From contig JAPOXA010000042.1 of assembly GCA_026707325.1 (NCBI GenBank), positions 11,861 through 75,860 of the forward strand: DNA of 64,000 nt, written 5' to 3'. Below, one piece after another: positions 1 through 8,222 of the stretch. A program made the translations under genes and the position numbers. This DNA is from Acidobacteriota bacterium. Its GTDB lineage: Bacteria; Acidobacteriota; Thermoanaerobaculia; Multivoradales; Multivoraceae. The first letter of the stretch is position 1; each line of letters opens with the position of its first letter. The notes below the pieces were generated by a model. It was not told where the DNA came from. It ran no database searches and worked only from the letters and a program-made list of their open reading frames with translations.

Positions 1-527
1 CGCTCCGCCAGAGGAACCAACTGTTCCGCGGCCTCGGCCAGGGTCGCTTCGTCGAAGTGCCCGACTTCGAGCGTCCGGCGGTCGCCGAAGTGAGCCGGGC
101 GCTCGCGGCGGGCGACCTCGACAACGACGGCGATCGCGACCTGGTGATCACCAACAACAACGGACCGGTTCGCATCCTGCTCAACCCCGGTCGGCCGGAA
201 CCCGCGCAGTGGGCCGGCGTCGACCTGCGATTTCCCGCCGTAGGAGCCGCCGCCGCGGGGCGGCGCGCCCTCGGCGCCTGGGTCGGTGTGCTGGACGCCG
301 GAAGCAACGAGCTCGTCCGCTGGCGTCGCTTCCATACCGACGGCTCCTATGCGGCGGCAAGCGACCCGCGCATTTCGATCGTCGGCCACGACGAGCCGCC
401 CGAGGTCGTGGTCGCGTGGCCCGACAGCGAGCAGGAGGCGTTCCGCCTCGGCGGACTGGGCCGCTACTTCACCCTCGTACGCGGCCAGGGCCTGAATGCC
501 GCGCCGTCCTCGGACCGGCGTCCATGA
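1..527 (+). CDS. FG-GAP/VCBS + ASPIC/UnbV (CRTAC1-like) secreted protein, C-terminal fragment; the 5' end lies outside the window
   Basis: The frame is open from nt 3. The translation '..QRNQLFRGLGQGRFVEV..AAGDLDNDGDRDLVITNNNGP..FHTDGSYAAASDPRI..' parallels the C-termini of the full-length paralogs at 2515-4206, 4203-5909 and 35275-36999. Confidence 0.8.
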   Translation, partial: LRQRNQLFRGLGQGRFVEVPDFERPAVAEVSRALAAGDLDNDGDRDLVITNNNGPVRILLNPGRPEPAQWAGVDLRFPAVGAAAAGRRALGAWVGVLDAGSNELVRWRRFHTDGSYAAASDPRISIVGHDEPPEVVVAWPDSEQEAFRLGGLGRYFTLVRGQGLNAAPSSDRRP

Positions 528-2530
528 TCCGTCCCGGCGCTGATCGAGTCTCTGCGTTGGCCCTGACGCTGGCCCTGACCCTGGCGACGCTTCCGGCGCA
601 GGCTCAGACCGCCCTGGAACCGGTCGAACCGCCGCGAATGGACCACTACGAGGGATCGGTGCGAAGTCAACTGGCCCGGGCGCAGAGCGAACTGGACGGT
701 TTGCTGAACGAACCGCGGCCGGACCAGGACCGACTTGCCGAGGCGTTCGGCCGCCTGGGCCAGCTCTACCTGCTGTACGACTTCATGGCGCCCTCCGCCG
801 CGGCGCTCCGCAATGCCCAGGCGCTGGCGCCGGACGATCCTCGATGGTCCTACTACCTGGCGATCAACTATCGCTACGAGGGCGCGCTCGAGGAGTCGGT
901 GGCCGCGCTCGACCGGGTGGTGGCGCTCGTGCCGAACGACCTTGCGGCCCTGACTCACCGGGCCGACATTCGGCTCGAGCTCGGTCTGACGGAGGAAGCG
1001 GAGGTCGACTATCGGCTGGTACTGGAACGCGATCCGGCCAGCTCCGCGGCTCGACTCGGCCTCGGGCGCATCGACTTCGACCGCCGCGACTACGAGTCGG
1101 CACTCGAGGGCTTCGAGCAGGCACTCCGGGGGCAGCCGCCCGGCTCGGTGGTGCATCACCACCTCGGCCTGACGCTGCGCCGCCTCGGCCGTCGGGAGGA
1201 AGCGGCGAAACAACTGGAGCTGAACGACCATCTCAGCGTCGTTTTCCCGGACCCCCTCTTCACGGAGCTGCAACGCCTGAACGTGAGCCGCGAAGCACAC
1301 ATCAAGCGCGGATCGGCCGCGATGCGCCAGGGGAATCCGCGCGCCGCGCTGGCGGCGTTCCTCGACGCCCTGGAAGCCATGCCCGACGACCCGCTGACCA
1401 TCTTCAACGTCGGCATGGCGCTGATCGAACTCGGCGAGAAGGAGGAGGCGGAGGCCCGTCTCAGGCAATCCATCGCGATCAACGACAACTACCGCGATCC
1501 TCAGTACAACCTGGCGCTCATCCTGGCGGAGCGCGGCGACCTGGAGGGTGCGGAACGCCACTTCCGCCGAGCCGCGGAGATCGACCACGAGGACATCGAA
1601 GCGCGAGTCCGGCACGCCGACGCCCTGACCCGGCTGCAACGGTCCGACGAGGCCATCGAACTCCTCGAAGGCGTGCTTGCGGCCGACGCGGCATCGCCGC
1701 TCGCCCAACTGGCGCTCGGCGCCGCGCACCAGAGGGCGGGTTCGGACAGCGCCGCCCGCATCGCCCTGAGCAAGGTACTCGACGCCGCGCCCGGCGCTTC
1801 CGCGGAACGGGCCGAGGCGCACTACCGGCTGGCGGTGCTCGCTGAAGCGAACGGAGCCGCGCAACCCGGCGCCTCCGGGAACGCCGGCGTCTCGCCCGGC
1901 TCGGCGACGCCCGCGCTCAAGGATGCCAACCGTCCCCCGGCCGACAGCGACCCGATCGAGCACCTCCGGCAAGCCATCGAACTCGACCCGGACTTCGCCG
2001 AGGCCCACGCGCTCCTGGGCCGCATGCTGGCGCGCCAGGAGCGCTACGTTGACGGCGCCCGCCATCTGGCGCGAGCCCTCAGGCACGATCCCGCCAACGC
2101 GGACTGGCATCGCGACCGCGCGATGTCACTCATCCTCGGCAAGCGCTACGCCGCGGCGCGGACGGGATTGATGGCCGGCCGGCAGGCCCTGGCGCGACTG
2201 GAGAGCGACTCAGCGAGGGACGCCGTGGACCATCTGGACACGCTGCGGGCGCGACTGCTTGCCGCAAGCCCCGACCCCAGCGTTCGCAACGGCGCCGAAG
2301 CCCTCGACATCGCGCAGCGCCTGATGGCGGACCGACCGTCGATCCAGCACGCCGAAACGGTCGCCATGGCGCTCGCCGAGGTCGGCGAGTTCAAGCAGGC
2401 AGCCGCTCTGCAGCAACAGGCGCTCGACGAGGTGGAGCGCCGGGGCGGCGCCCCGACGGCGGGCCAGAAGGAGCGACTGCGCGCCTACCTGAACGACGAA
2501 CCGGCCCGCGAACCGTGGTTCTCGCCCTGA
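524..2530 (+). CDS. Secreted TPR-repeat protein (668 aa)
   Basis: The ATG at 524 overlaps the upstream stop (ATGA). The N-terminus MIRPGADRVSALALTLALTLATLPAQAQ looks like a signal peptide. The body is made of degenerate 34-aa TPR-type helical repeats. The track start at 209 adds an Arg-rich extension out of frame with gene 1 and was rejected. Confidence 0.85.
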   Translation: MIRPGADRVSALALTLALTLATLPAQAQTALEPVEPPRMDHYEGSVRSQLARAQSELDGLLNEPRPDQDRLAEAFGRLGQLYLLYDFMAPSAAALRNAQALAPDDPRWSYYLAINYRYEGALEESVAALDRVVALVPNDLAALTHRADIRLELGLTEEAEVDYRLVLERDPASSAARLGLGRIDFDRRDYESALEGFEQALRGQPPGSVVHHHLGLTLRRLGRREEAAKQLELNDHLSVVFPDPLFTELQRLNVSREAHIKRGSAAMRQGNPRAALAAFLDALEAMPDDPLTIFNVGMALIELGEKEEAEARLRQSIAINDNYRDPQYNLALILAERGDLEGAERHFRRAAEIDHEDIEARVRHADALTRLQRSDEAIELLEGVLAADAASPLAQLALGAAHQRAGSDSAARIALSKVLDAAPGASAERAEAHYRLAVLAEANGAAQPGASGNAGVSPGSATPALKDANRPPADSDPIEHLRQAIELDPDFAEAHALLGRMLARQERYVDGARHLARALRHDPANADWHRDRAMSLILGKRYAAARTGLMAGRQALARLESDSARDAVDHLDTLRARLLAASPDPSVRNGAEALDIAQRLMADRPSIQHAETVAMALAEVGEFKQAAALQQQALDEVERRGGAPTAGQKERLRAYLNDEPAREPWFSP

Positions 2531-4206
2531 TCCCTGCCCTCGCGGCTGCGCTCGTCGCCGCCGAGACGGGCGCCGCAGCCGGAGGCCTCCGGTTCATCGA
2601 CGCGGCCGACGCCTGGGGCATCGACTTCCGGCACCGCCACGGCGGCCGGGGCGAGTTCTACATGATCGAGACGGTCGGCAGCGGCGTCGTCGCGTTCGAC
2701 TACGACGGGGACGGAGACGACGACCTGCTGTTCGTCGACAGCGGCGAGCCGGCGCCCCACGGCGGCAAGCCGGGCCGGACGACCCTGCTGCGGAACGACC
2801 TCGGCCTGAACGGCCCGCGCTTCGTCGACGCCACGAAAGCCTCCGGCATCCTTCTGGACAGCTACGGTATGGGCGCACTGACGGGCGACGTGGACGGCGA
2901 CGGGGACCCGGACGTTTACCTGACCGCATTCGGACCGAATCGGCTGTGGCTCAACCTGGGGGACGGCGCCTTCAGCCCCGCACCCGAGGACGGCGGGACC
3001 GCCGACCCGTCGTGGAGCGCCTCCGCGGCTTTCGGCGACATCGACCTGGACGGCGACCTCGACTTGTACGTGACGAACTACGTCGACTTCGGCTACGACA
3101 ACAACATCGTCTGCGGCGAGCCGCGCTCATACTGCCACCCGGACGCCTACGACAGCCTGCCGGACCGGTTCTACCGCAACGAGCACCGCCCCGGGCAGCC
3201 CGCCGCCTTCGTCGACGCCACGGCCGAGCTCGGCTTCGGCGACGCCCGGGGCGCCGGACTGGGCGTCGTCATCACGGACCTCGACCACGACCGCCGGCCC
3301 GACATTTACGTGGCGAACGACATGGACCCGAACTTCCACTTCCTCAACCGAAGCACCGACGCGACACCGCGCTTCGAGGACGACGCACTGCTGGCCGGCA
3401 CCGCTCTCTCGGACCGCGGCGAGGCGGAAGCGGGCATGGGAATCGCGGTCGGCGACGTGGACGGCAACGGCTTCGATGACCTGATCGTCACCCATCTCGA
3501 CCGGCAGACGAACGCCCTGTACTCGAATCGCGGCGACGGGCTCTTCCTGGAACGCCGCTTCGTCGCGGGCATTGCCGAGCCGTCCATGCCCTGGGTCGGT
3601 TTCGGCACGGACCTGGCCGACTTCGACCTTGACGGCGACCTGGACCTTGCCGTCGCGAACGGCCACGTGATCCACAACATCTCGGAGCAGGAGGGCTTCG
3701 GCGACGAGATCTACCGGCAGCCCAACCAGTTGCTGGAGAACCAGGGCGGCCGCTTCGCCGAAGTCGAGAACGGCGGCATCGACGCCGTCCGGGTGAGCCG
3801 CGGTCTGGCGACGGCGGACTTCGACCTCGACGGCGACCTGGACCTCGTCGTCTCGAACTGCAACGACCGGGCGGAGGTCTACCGCAACGAAAGCGATCGC
3901 CGCGGCGAGGCGTTCCAGGTCGACCTGCTGGACCGCGGGTCGCCGAACCGGCGCGCGGTCGGCGCCGCGATCGAGGTCCGTTCGACGGCCGGAAGTCAGC
4001 GCCGCGAAGTGCGCGCGGGCTCGTCGTACCTGTCGCAGAACTCGCTCACGCAGACGTTCGGCGTGCCGGCCTCCGACGCGGCCGGCGGCAAGGGCGAAGC
4101 CGAATCGTCCACGGACGGCGTCGAGATCCGCATCCACTGGCCCAGGCAGGGCGGCGTCAGGCTTCCGGGACTGCCCCCCGGACACCGCGTGCGGATCGTC
4201 CGATGA
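2515..4206 (+). CDS. FG-GAP/VCBS repeat + ASPIC/UnbV domain protein (CRTAC1-like), secreted
   Basis: It has repeated Ca-binding-type loops ('FDYDGDGDDDLLFVD', 'GDVDGDGDPDVYLT', 'GDIDLDGDLDLYVTNY', 'ADFDLDGDLDLVVSN') and a C-terminal 'AGSSYLSQNSLTQTFG' ASPIC/UnbV-type segment. The N-terminus is hydrophobic. The start is uncertain: GTG at 2515, or an in-frame CTG at 2527 that would form a CTGA overlap. Confidence 0.9.
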   Translation: MVLALIPALAAALVAAETGAAAGGLRFIDAADAWGIDFRHRHGGRGEFYMIETVGSGVVAFDYDGDGDDDLLFVDSGEPAPHGGKPGRTTLLRNDLGLNGPRFVDATKASGILLDSYGMGALTGDVDGDGDPDVYLTAFGPNRLWLNLGDGAFSPAPEDGGTADPSWSASAAFGDIDLDGDLDLYVTNYVDFGYDNNIVCGEPRSYCHPDAYDSLPDRFYRNEHRPGQPAAFVDATAELGFGDARGAGLGVVITDLDHDRRPDIYVANDMDPNFHFLNRSTDATPRFEDDALLAGTALSDRGEAEAGMGIAVGDVDGNGFDDLIVTHLDRQTNALYSNRGDGLFLERRFVAGIAEPSMPWVGFGTDLADFDLDGDLDLAVANGHVIHNISEQEGFGDEIYRQPNQLLENQGGRFAEVENGGIDAVRVSRGLATADFDLDGDLDLVVSNCNDRAEVYRNESDRRGEAFQVDLLDRGSPNRRAVGAAIEVRSTAGSQRREVRAGSSYLSQNSLTQTFGVPASDAAGGKGEAESSTDGVEIRIHWPRQGGVRLPGLPPGHRVRIVR

Positions 4207-5909
4207 ACGCGCGGTCCTCGGCCAGGCCGCACCCCCGGCCGGCCTGTCCGATCCTGGCGGCCGCCGCTCTGATGGCAGTGCCGATGCTGGCGATCCCCGC
4301 CGCCGCCGGCCAACCGGCCTTCCGTGAGACCGGCGCGGCATGGGGCCTCGAGTTCCACCACAACGCGGGTTTCTCGGGCCGGAAGTACATGGTGGAGACG
4401 ATGGGCGGCGGCGTCGTGCTCTTCGACTACGACGGAGACGGCGACGACGACGCCTTCTTCATCGATGGCGGCCCGCTGCCAAGCTACGAGGGTCCCGCGC
4501 CCCGTTCCCGGTTGCTGCGCAACGACGCCGGGCCGGACGGTCCCCGCTTCGTCGACGTGACGGATCGGTCGAACATCGACTTCGGCGGCTACGGCGCGGG
4601 CGGCGTCGCCGGCGACGTGGACGCCGACGGCGATCTCGACCTCTACGTCACGGCATTCGGCGGCAACCAGCTCTACCTCAACCTTGGCGACGGCGGCTTC
4701 CGGGCGGCCGGGGCCGAGCGCGGCGTCGACGATCCGCGCTGGAGCGCCTCGGCCGCCTTCGGCGATCTCGACCTGGACGGCGACCTGGACCTCTACGTGA
4801 CGAACTACACGGACTTCTCACTCGCGAATCACAAGTTCTGCGGCCTGGGCGGATCGACCGACAGCGCGGGCACCGACGGTGAACCGGGGCGCGGCTACTG
4901 CCACCCGGACATGTACAACGGCGTGCCCGACCGCCTCTACCGGAATGACGGCCGCGGCTTCTTCGTCGACGCCACCGCCGCCAGCAGTCTCGACGGCGCT
5001 GCCGAAGCCGGCCTTGGCGTCGTGATCGGCGACCTCGACGGCGACCGCTGGCCCGACGTCTACGTCGCCAACGACAAGGATCCGAACCTGCTCTTCCGCA
5101 ACCTGGGCAATGGCCGGTTCGAGGACGAATCCCTGCTCTCCGGTGCCGCCTACGACCGAGGCGGCGCCGCCGAAGCCGGAATGGGAGTCGAACTGGCCGA
5201 TCTCGACGGCGACGGACGTCAAGACCTGGTGGTTACCAACTTCGCGCTCGAAACGAACGCCTTCTATCGCAACGCGGGCGAGGGCGTCTTCCTCGACCGG
5301 CGCTTCCCGTCCGGCCTGGCTCAGCCCTCGCTCCAGCGACTCGCCTTCGGCGTCAACGCCCTGGACGCCGACCTCGACGGCGACGTCGACCTGTTCGTGG
5401 CCAATGGTCACATTCAGCCGGAAGCCGCGCGAATCGGCGAGGTCGGAACCTACGAACAGCCGAATCAACTGTTCGAGAACCTGGGCGACGGTCGCTTCAG
5501 GGAGCGTCTCGACGCGGGCCTGGACACGGTACGCACGAGCCGGGGCTCGGCGGTCGCCGACCTCGATCTCGACGGCGACCTGGACATCGTCGTCGTCAAC
5601 TCGAACCAGCCTTCCGAGGTCTACGACAACCGGGCGGGAGGCGGCTGGTTCGCGCTCGGATTCTCGCCCGGGGACGCCGGAAGCGCGGACGCGGTCGGCG
5701 CCGAAGTCGTCCTGACCGCAGGCGGCCGCGCGCAGGTACGGGAGACGCGGGCCGGGTCCTCCTACCTTTCGCAGAGCACGCTCACCGCCTTCTTCGGAGT
5801 CGGCGAAGCGCACCGCATCGAGCGCGTGACCGTGCGCCAGCCCCTCCGGAAGCGGCCGCTGGTCCTGCGCGACCTGCCCGCGAACCGGCGGGTTCGTCTG
5901 CGGCGATAG
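4203..5909 (+). CDS. FG-GAP/VCBS repeat + ASPIC/UnbV domain protein (CRTAC1-like), secreted
   Basis: This is a tandem paralog of 2515-4206 with the same DxDxDG loops and 'AGSSYLSQSTLTAFFG'. Its start forms an ATGA overlap with the upstream stop. The signal-like N-terminus is '..ACPILAAAALMAVPMLAIPAAAGQ'. Confidence 0.9.
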   Translation: MNARSSARPHPRPACPILAAAALMAVPMLAIPAAAGQPAFRETGAAWGLEFHHNAGFSGRKYMVETMGGGVVLFDYDGDGDDDAFFIDGGPLPSYEGPAPRSRLLRNDAGPDGPRFVDVTDRSNIDFGGYGAGGVAGDVDADGDLDLYVTAFGGNQLYLNLGDGGFRAAGAERGVDDPRWSASAAFGDLDLDGDLDLYVTNYTDFSLANHKFCGLGGSTDSAGTDGEPGRGYCHPDMYNGVPDRLYRNDGRGFFVDATAASSLDGAAEAGLGVVIGDLDGDRWPDVYVANDKDPNLLFRNLGNGRFEDESLLSGAAYDRGGAAEAGMGVELADLDGDGRQDLVVTNFALETNAFYRNAGEGVFLDRRFPSGLAQPSLQRLAFGVNALDADLDGDVDLFVANGHIQPEAARIGEVGTYEQPNQLFENLGDGRFRERLDAGLDTVRTSRGSAVADLDLDGDLDIVVVNSNQPSEVYDNRAGGGWFALGFSPGDAGSADAVGAEVVLTAGGRAQVRETRAGSSYLSQSTLTAFFGVGEAHRIERVTVRQPLRKRPLVLRDLPANRRVRLRR

Positions 5910-5918
5910 CATCGCTCC

Positions 5919-8222
5919 ATGTGCAGGTCACGCTTCAGAGGCCGCGTCTTCGGCGGCTTCCGGGCCCAGGCCGAGCCGCGCGTTCGTCCGCGCGCCGTGA
6001 CCGCGCTGGCCTTCGCCCTTCTCCTGGCCAGCGTGCCGGCGCCCACGAGCGCTCAGGAGCTCCCGGCTGAAGTCGCGGACGCCCTCGCGCTGGCCGCCGG
6101 CGGCGACCTGAGCGGCGCCATCGCAGCCATCGAGACCTTCTGTGCGACCGTCGACGCCCCCGACGCCGCCTTCGCGGCGCTGGGGGCGCTTCACGTCGAG
6201 GCCGGCAACCCCGAGCGCGCGCTGGACGTGCTGCGGCCGCTCATGGACCGCGAACCGGCCGACGCCGGCGTCCTCTACAACGCGGGCCGGGCCGCCGAAG
6301 CGCTCGGTCGGCCGGAGGAAGCGGCGAACCGCTACCGGCAGTCCCTGGCGATCCAGCCGCGTTCGCCGGCGCTGCGGTCGCTCGGCATGATGCTGGGCCG
6401 GCACGGATACACGGCCGAGGCGTACGCGTTCCTCCAGCCGTGGACGAACGCGAACCCGAACGACCTGGATGCCCGCGTCGCCGCCGCGGCCGGCGCCATC
6501 GCGCTCGAGCGTGCGCCCGAGGCGGAAGCCCTGCTCGAAGGACTGCCGGGAGACGACCCGGGCGTGAAGATGCTGCGAGCCCAGCTTCTGCTCCAGCAGG
6601 CCGATCCGTGGGGCGCGATCAACGAACTCCAGGCGATCGCCGACGACCCGCCGCCGACCATCGAAGGCGGAATTCGGCGGACGCTTGCCCGCGCCTACCT
6701 CGTCGTGGGCGAAGCCGAAGGCGCCCTGGAGCAGTTGGAACCGCTCGACGTCGCCGGACCCGAGGACGCCGTGCTTCTGGCCAGCGCCTGGTTCCAGGCC
6801 GGGCGCATGGACGAAGCCATCGAGGCGCTGGCGCCGTACGCGGAACCCTTGCTGACCAGCCCGCCCCCGGAAGCGCCGCCACCGGTGGCCCGCGACATCG
6901 TGCTGGAGTACGGCCGCTACCTGCACTCCTCCGGCGACGCCGAGCGGGCGGTCCCCTTCCTGCGCCTCGCCACCGAACTCGACGCCGGCAAGCCCGACGC
7001 CTACCAGGCGCTCGGACAGGCGCTCGCCGCCAGCGGCGAGCGCGAAGAGGCACGCGAGATCCTGGAGCGCTTCCAGGAACTCTCCCGCGACGCGAGCGAC
7101 GAGGTCGCCTCCGTCAACCGGCGCCGGAGCGACATCGCGGACCCGACGGGCCGCGAAGTGCGCCAGGCTCTGGAACTTGCAGCGGCCGGCGAGGTCGACG
7201 CCGCGCTCGACATCCTCGCCCGCGAAGCGCAGCTCGCCTCGACCGACCCGCGGCCCGTCTACGCCGCATCCTCGATCCTGCTGGACGCCGGACGCAACGA
7301 GGAGGCGCTCGCCGCCGCCGACCGGGCGCTTGCTGTGGCGCCCGAACGCGCCGACGGCCTCTATCAGCGCGGCGCCGTGCTCATGTCGCTGGAACGGTTG
7401 GCCGAGTCCGAAGAGATGTTCCGCCAGGCGCTCCAGGCCCAGCCAACCCATACGGCAACGCTGTCGGACTACGCGGTACTGCTGATGAGCGGAAACCGGA
7501 ACGGAGAGGCCGCCGGCCTGCTGGAGCGGCTGCTCGAGCTGCGACCCGGCGACGCCGCGGCCCGCGGCCATCTCGACCGGCTTCGCGCGGCGCGTGGGTC
7601 GGACGGCGGCCCGCACGAAGAACTGCCTCCGGCGGCGCTGGGGCGCGAGCTGATGCGGAACCGGGACTTCCGCGCCGCCGAACCGCCCCTCGACAGAGCC
7701 GTCCTGCTCGATCCGACGGACGCGAGCCTCCGTATCGACCTGGCCTCGGCCCTCTGGGAGAACAACAAGCCGGCGGAGGCCGAACTGCACGCTCGCGAGG
7801 CTGTTGCGCTCGAACCCTCCTCGGCGGAGGCGCACCGGATGCTCGGCGGTCTGCTGCACTGGCGCGGCGAACACCTCCAGGCGGCGGAGTCCCTCGAACG
7901 CGCGGCGGCGCTGGCCGAACCGGACGCGGCGCTGCTCGTCGACCTGGCTCGGGCCTGGGATGGCGTGGCCACCGACAGCGCAGGAACGGCGGATGAACGG
8001 ACGCGCCTGGGCAAGGCCGAAGACGCCTACCGCCGGGCGATCGTTGCGGCCCCCGATCACAGCGAAGCCATCTACGGTCTCGCCAGGGTGCTGCAGCGCC
8101 TCGGACGGGGGGACGAGGCGGCGATCCTGATGGAGCGTTACATGGAACTCTACGGTGAAGATCAGCGGGCCACGCAGGAGCAGGGGCTGGCGACGGCCGA
8201 GGGCCCTCCGGAAGGCGACTGA
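5919..8222 (+). CDS. Secreted TPR-repeat protein (767 aa)
   Basis: TPR-type helical repeats run throughout, and '..AVTALAFALLLASVPAPTSAQE' looks like a signal peptide. The gene follows the CRTAC1-like gene after a 9-nt gap. The exact start was not verified. Confidence 0.85.
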   Translation: MCRSRFRGRVFGGFRAQAEPRVRPRAVTALAFALLLASVPAPTSAQELPAEVADALALAAGGDLSGAIAAIETFCATVDAPDAAFAALGALHVEAGNPERALDVLRPLMDREPADAGVLYNAGRAAEALGRPEEAANRYRQSLAIQPRSPALRSLGMMLGRHGYTAEAYAFLQPWTNANPNDLDARVAAAAGAIALERAPEAEALLEGLPGDDPGVKMLRAQLLLQQADPWGAINELQAIADDPPPTIEGGIRRTLARAYLVVGEAEGALEQLEPLDVAGPEDAVLLASAWFQAGRMDEAIEALAPYAEPLLTSPPPEAPPPVARDIVLEYGRYLHSSGDAERAVPFLRLATELDAGKPDAYQALGQALAASGEREEAREILERFQELSRDASDEVASVNRRRSDIADPTGREVRQALELAAAGEVDAALDILAREAQLASTDPRPVYAASSILLDAGRNEEALAAADRALAVAPERADGLYQRGAVLMSLERLAESEEMFRQALQAQPTHTATLSDYAVLLMSGNRNGEAAGLLERLLELRPGDAAARGHLDRLRAARGSDGGPHEELPPAALGRELMRNRDFRAAEPPLDRAVLLDPTDASLRIDLASALWENNKPAEAELHAREAVALEPSSAEAHRMLGGLLHWRGEHLQAAESLERAAALAEPDAALLVDLARAWDGVATDSAGTADERTRLGKAEDAYRRAIVAAPDHSEAIYGLARVLQRLGRGDEAAILMERYMELYGEDQRATQEQGLATAEGPPEGD

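Noticed and set aside
209-523. N-terminal extensions of real genes in the ORF track. Examples are 209 for the TPR gene, 15087, 22741, 25355, 25717, 33935, 35581, 40445, 43542, 44849, 48579, 57863, 61225 and 62833.
   Set aside because: The extensions are Arg-rich, overlap the upstream gene, and precede an internal ATG or GTG that yields a proper signal peptide or the canonical family N-terminus. That internal start often sits exactly at an NTGA junction.
2527-2530. A second possible CTGA junction, with CTG 2527 as the start of the CRTAC1-like gene at 2515-4206.
   Set aside because: It is in frame and fits the NTGA pattern. However, both GTG 2515 and CTG 2527 give a similar hydrophobic N-terminus without a basic n-region. 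The sequence alone cannot discriminate between them, so it is kept only as an alternative start.
5928-8060. Very long antisense or off-frame ORFs in the six-frame track. Examples are 464-2110(-), 5928-8060(-), 8553-10541(+), 12932-14935(+), 14895-16262(-), 18586-20793(-), 20909-22855(+), 26533-29445(+), 30763-32103(+), 32523-34166(+), 35236-36840(+), 36584-37972(-), 38157-40361(+), 50671-52359(+), 53629-54813(-), 55606-56850(+), 60082-61371(+), 61289-63100(+) and 62317-63813(+).
   Set aside because: Their translations are Arg/Gly/Pro/Ala-rich and low-complexity, with no recognisable motifs. Each is fully overlapped by an ORF in another frame or strand that carries clear family signatures. Absence of stop codons in alternative frames is expected at this GC content.
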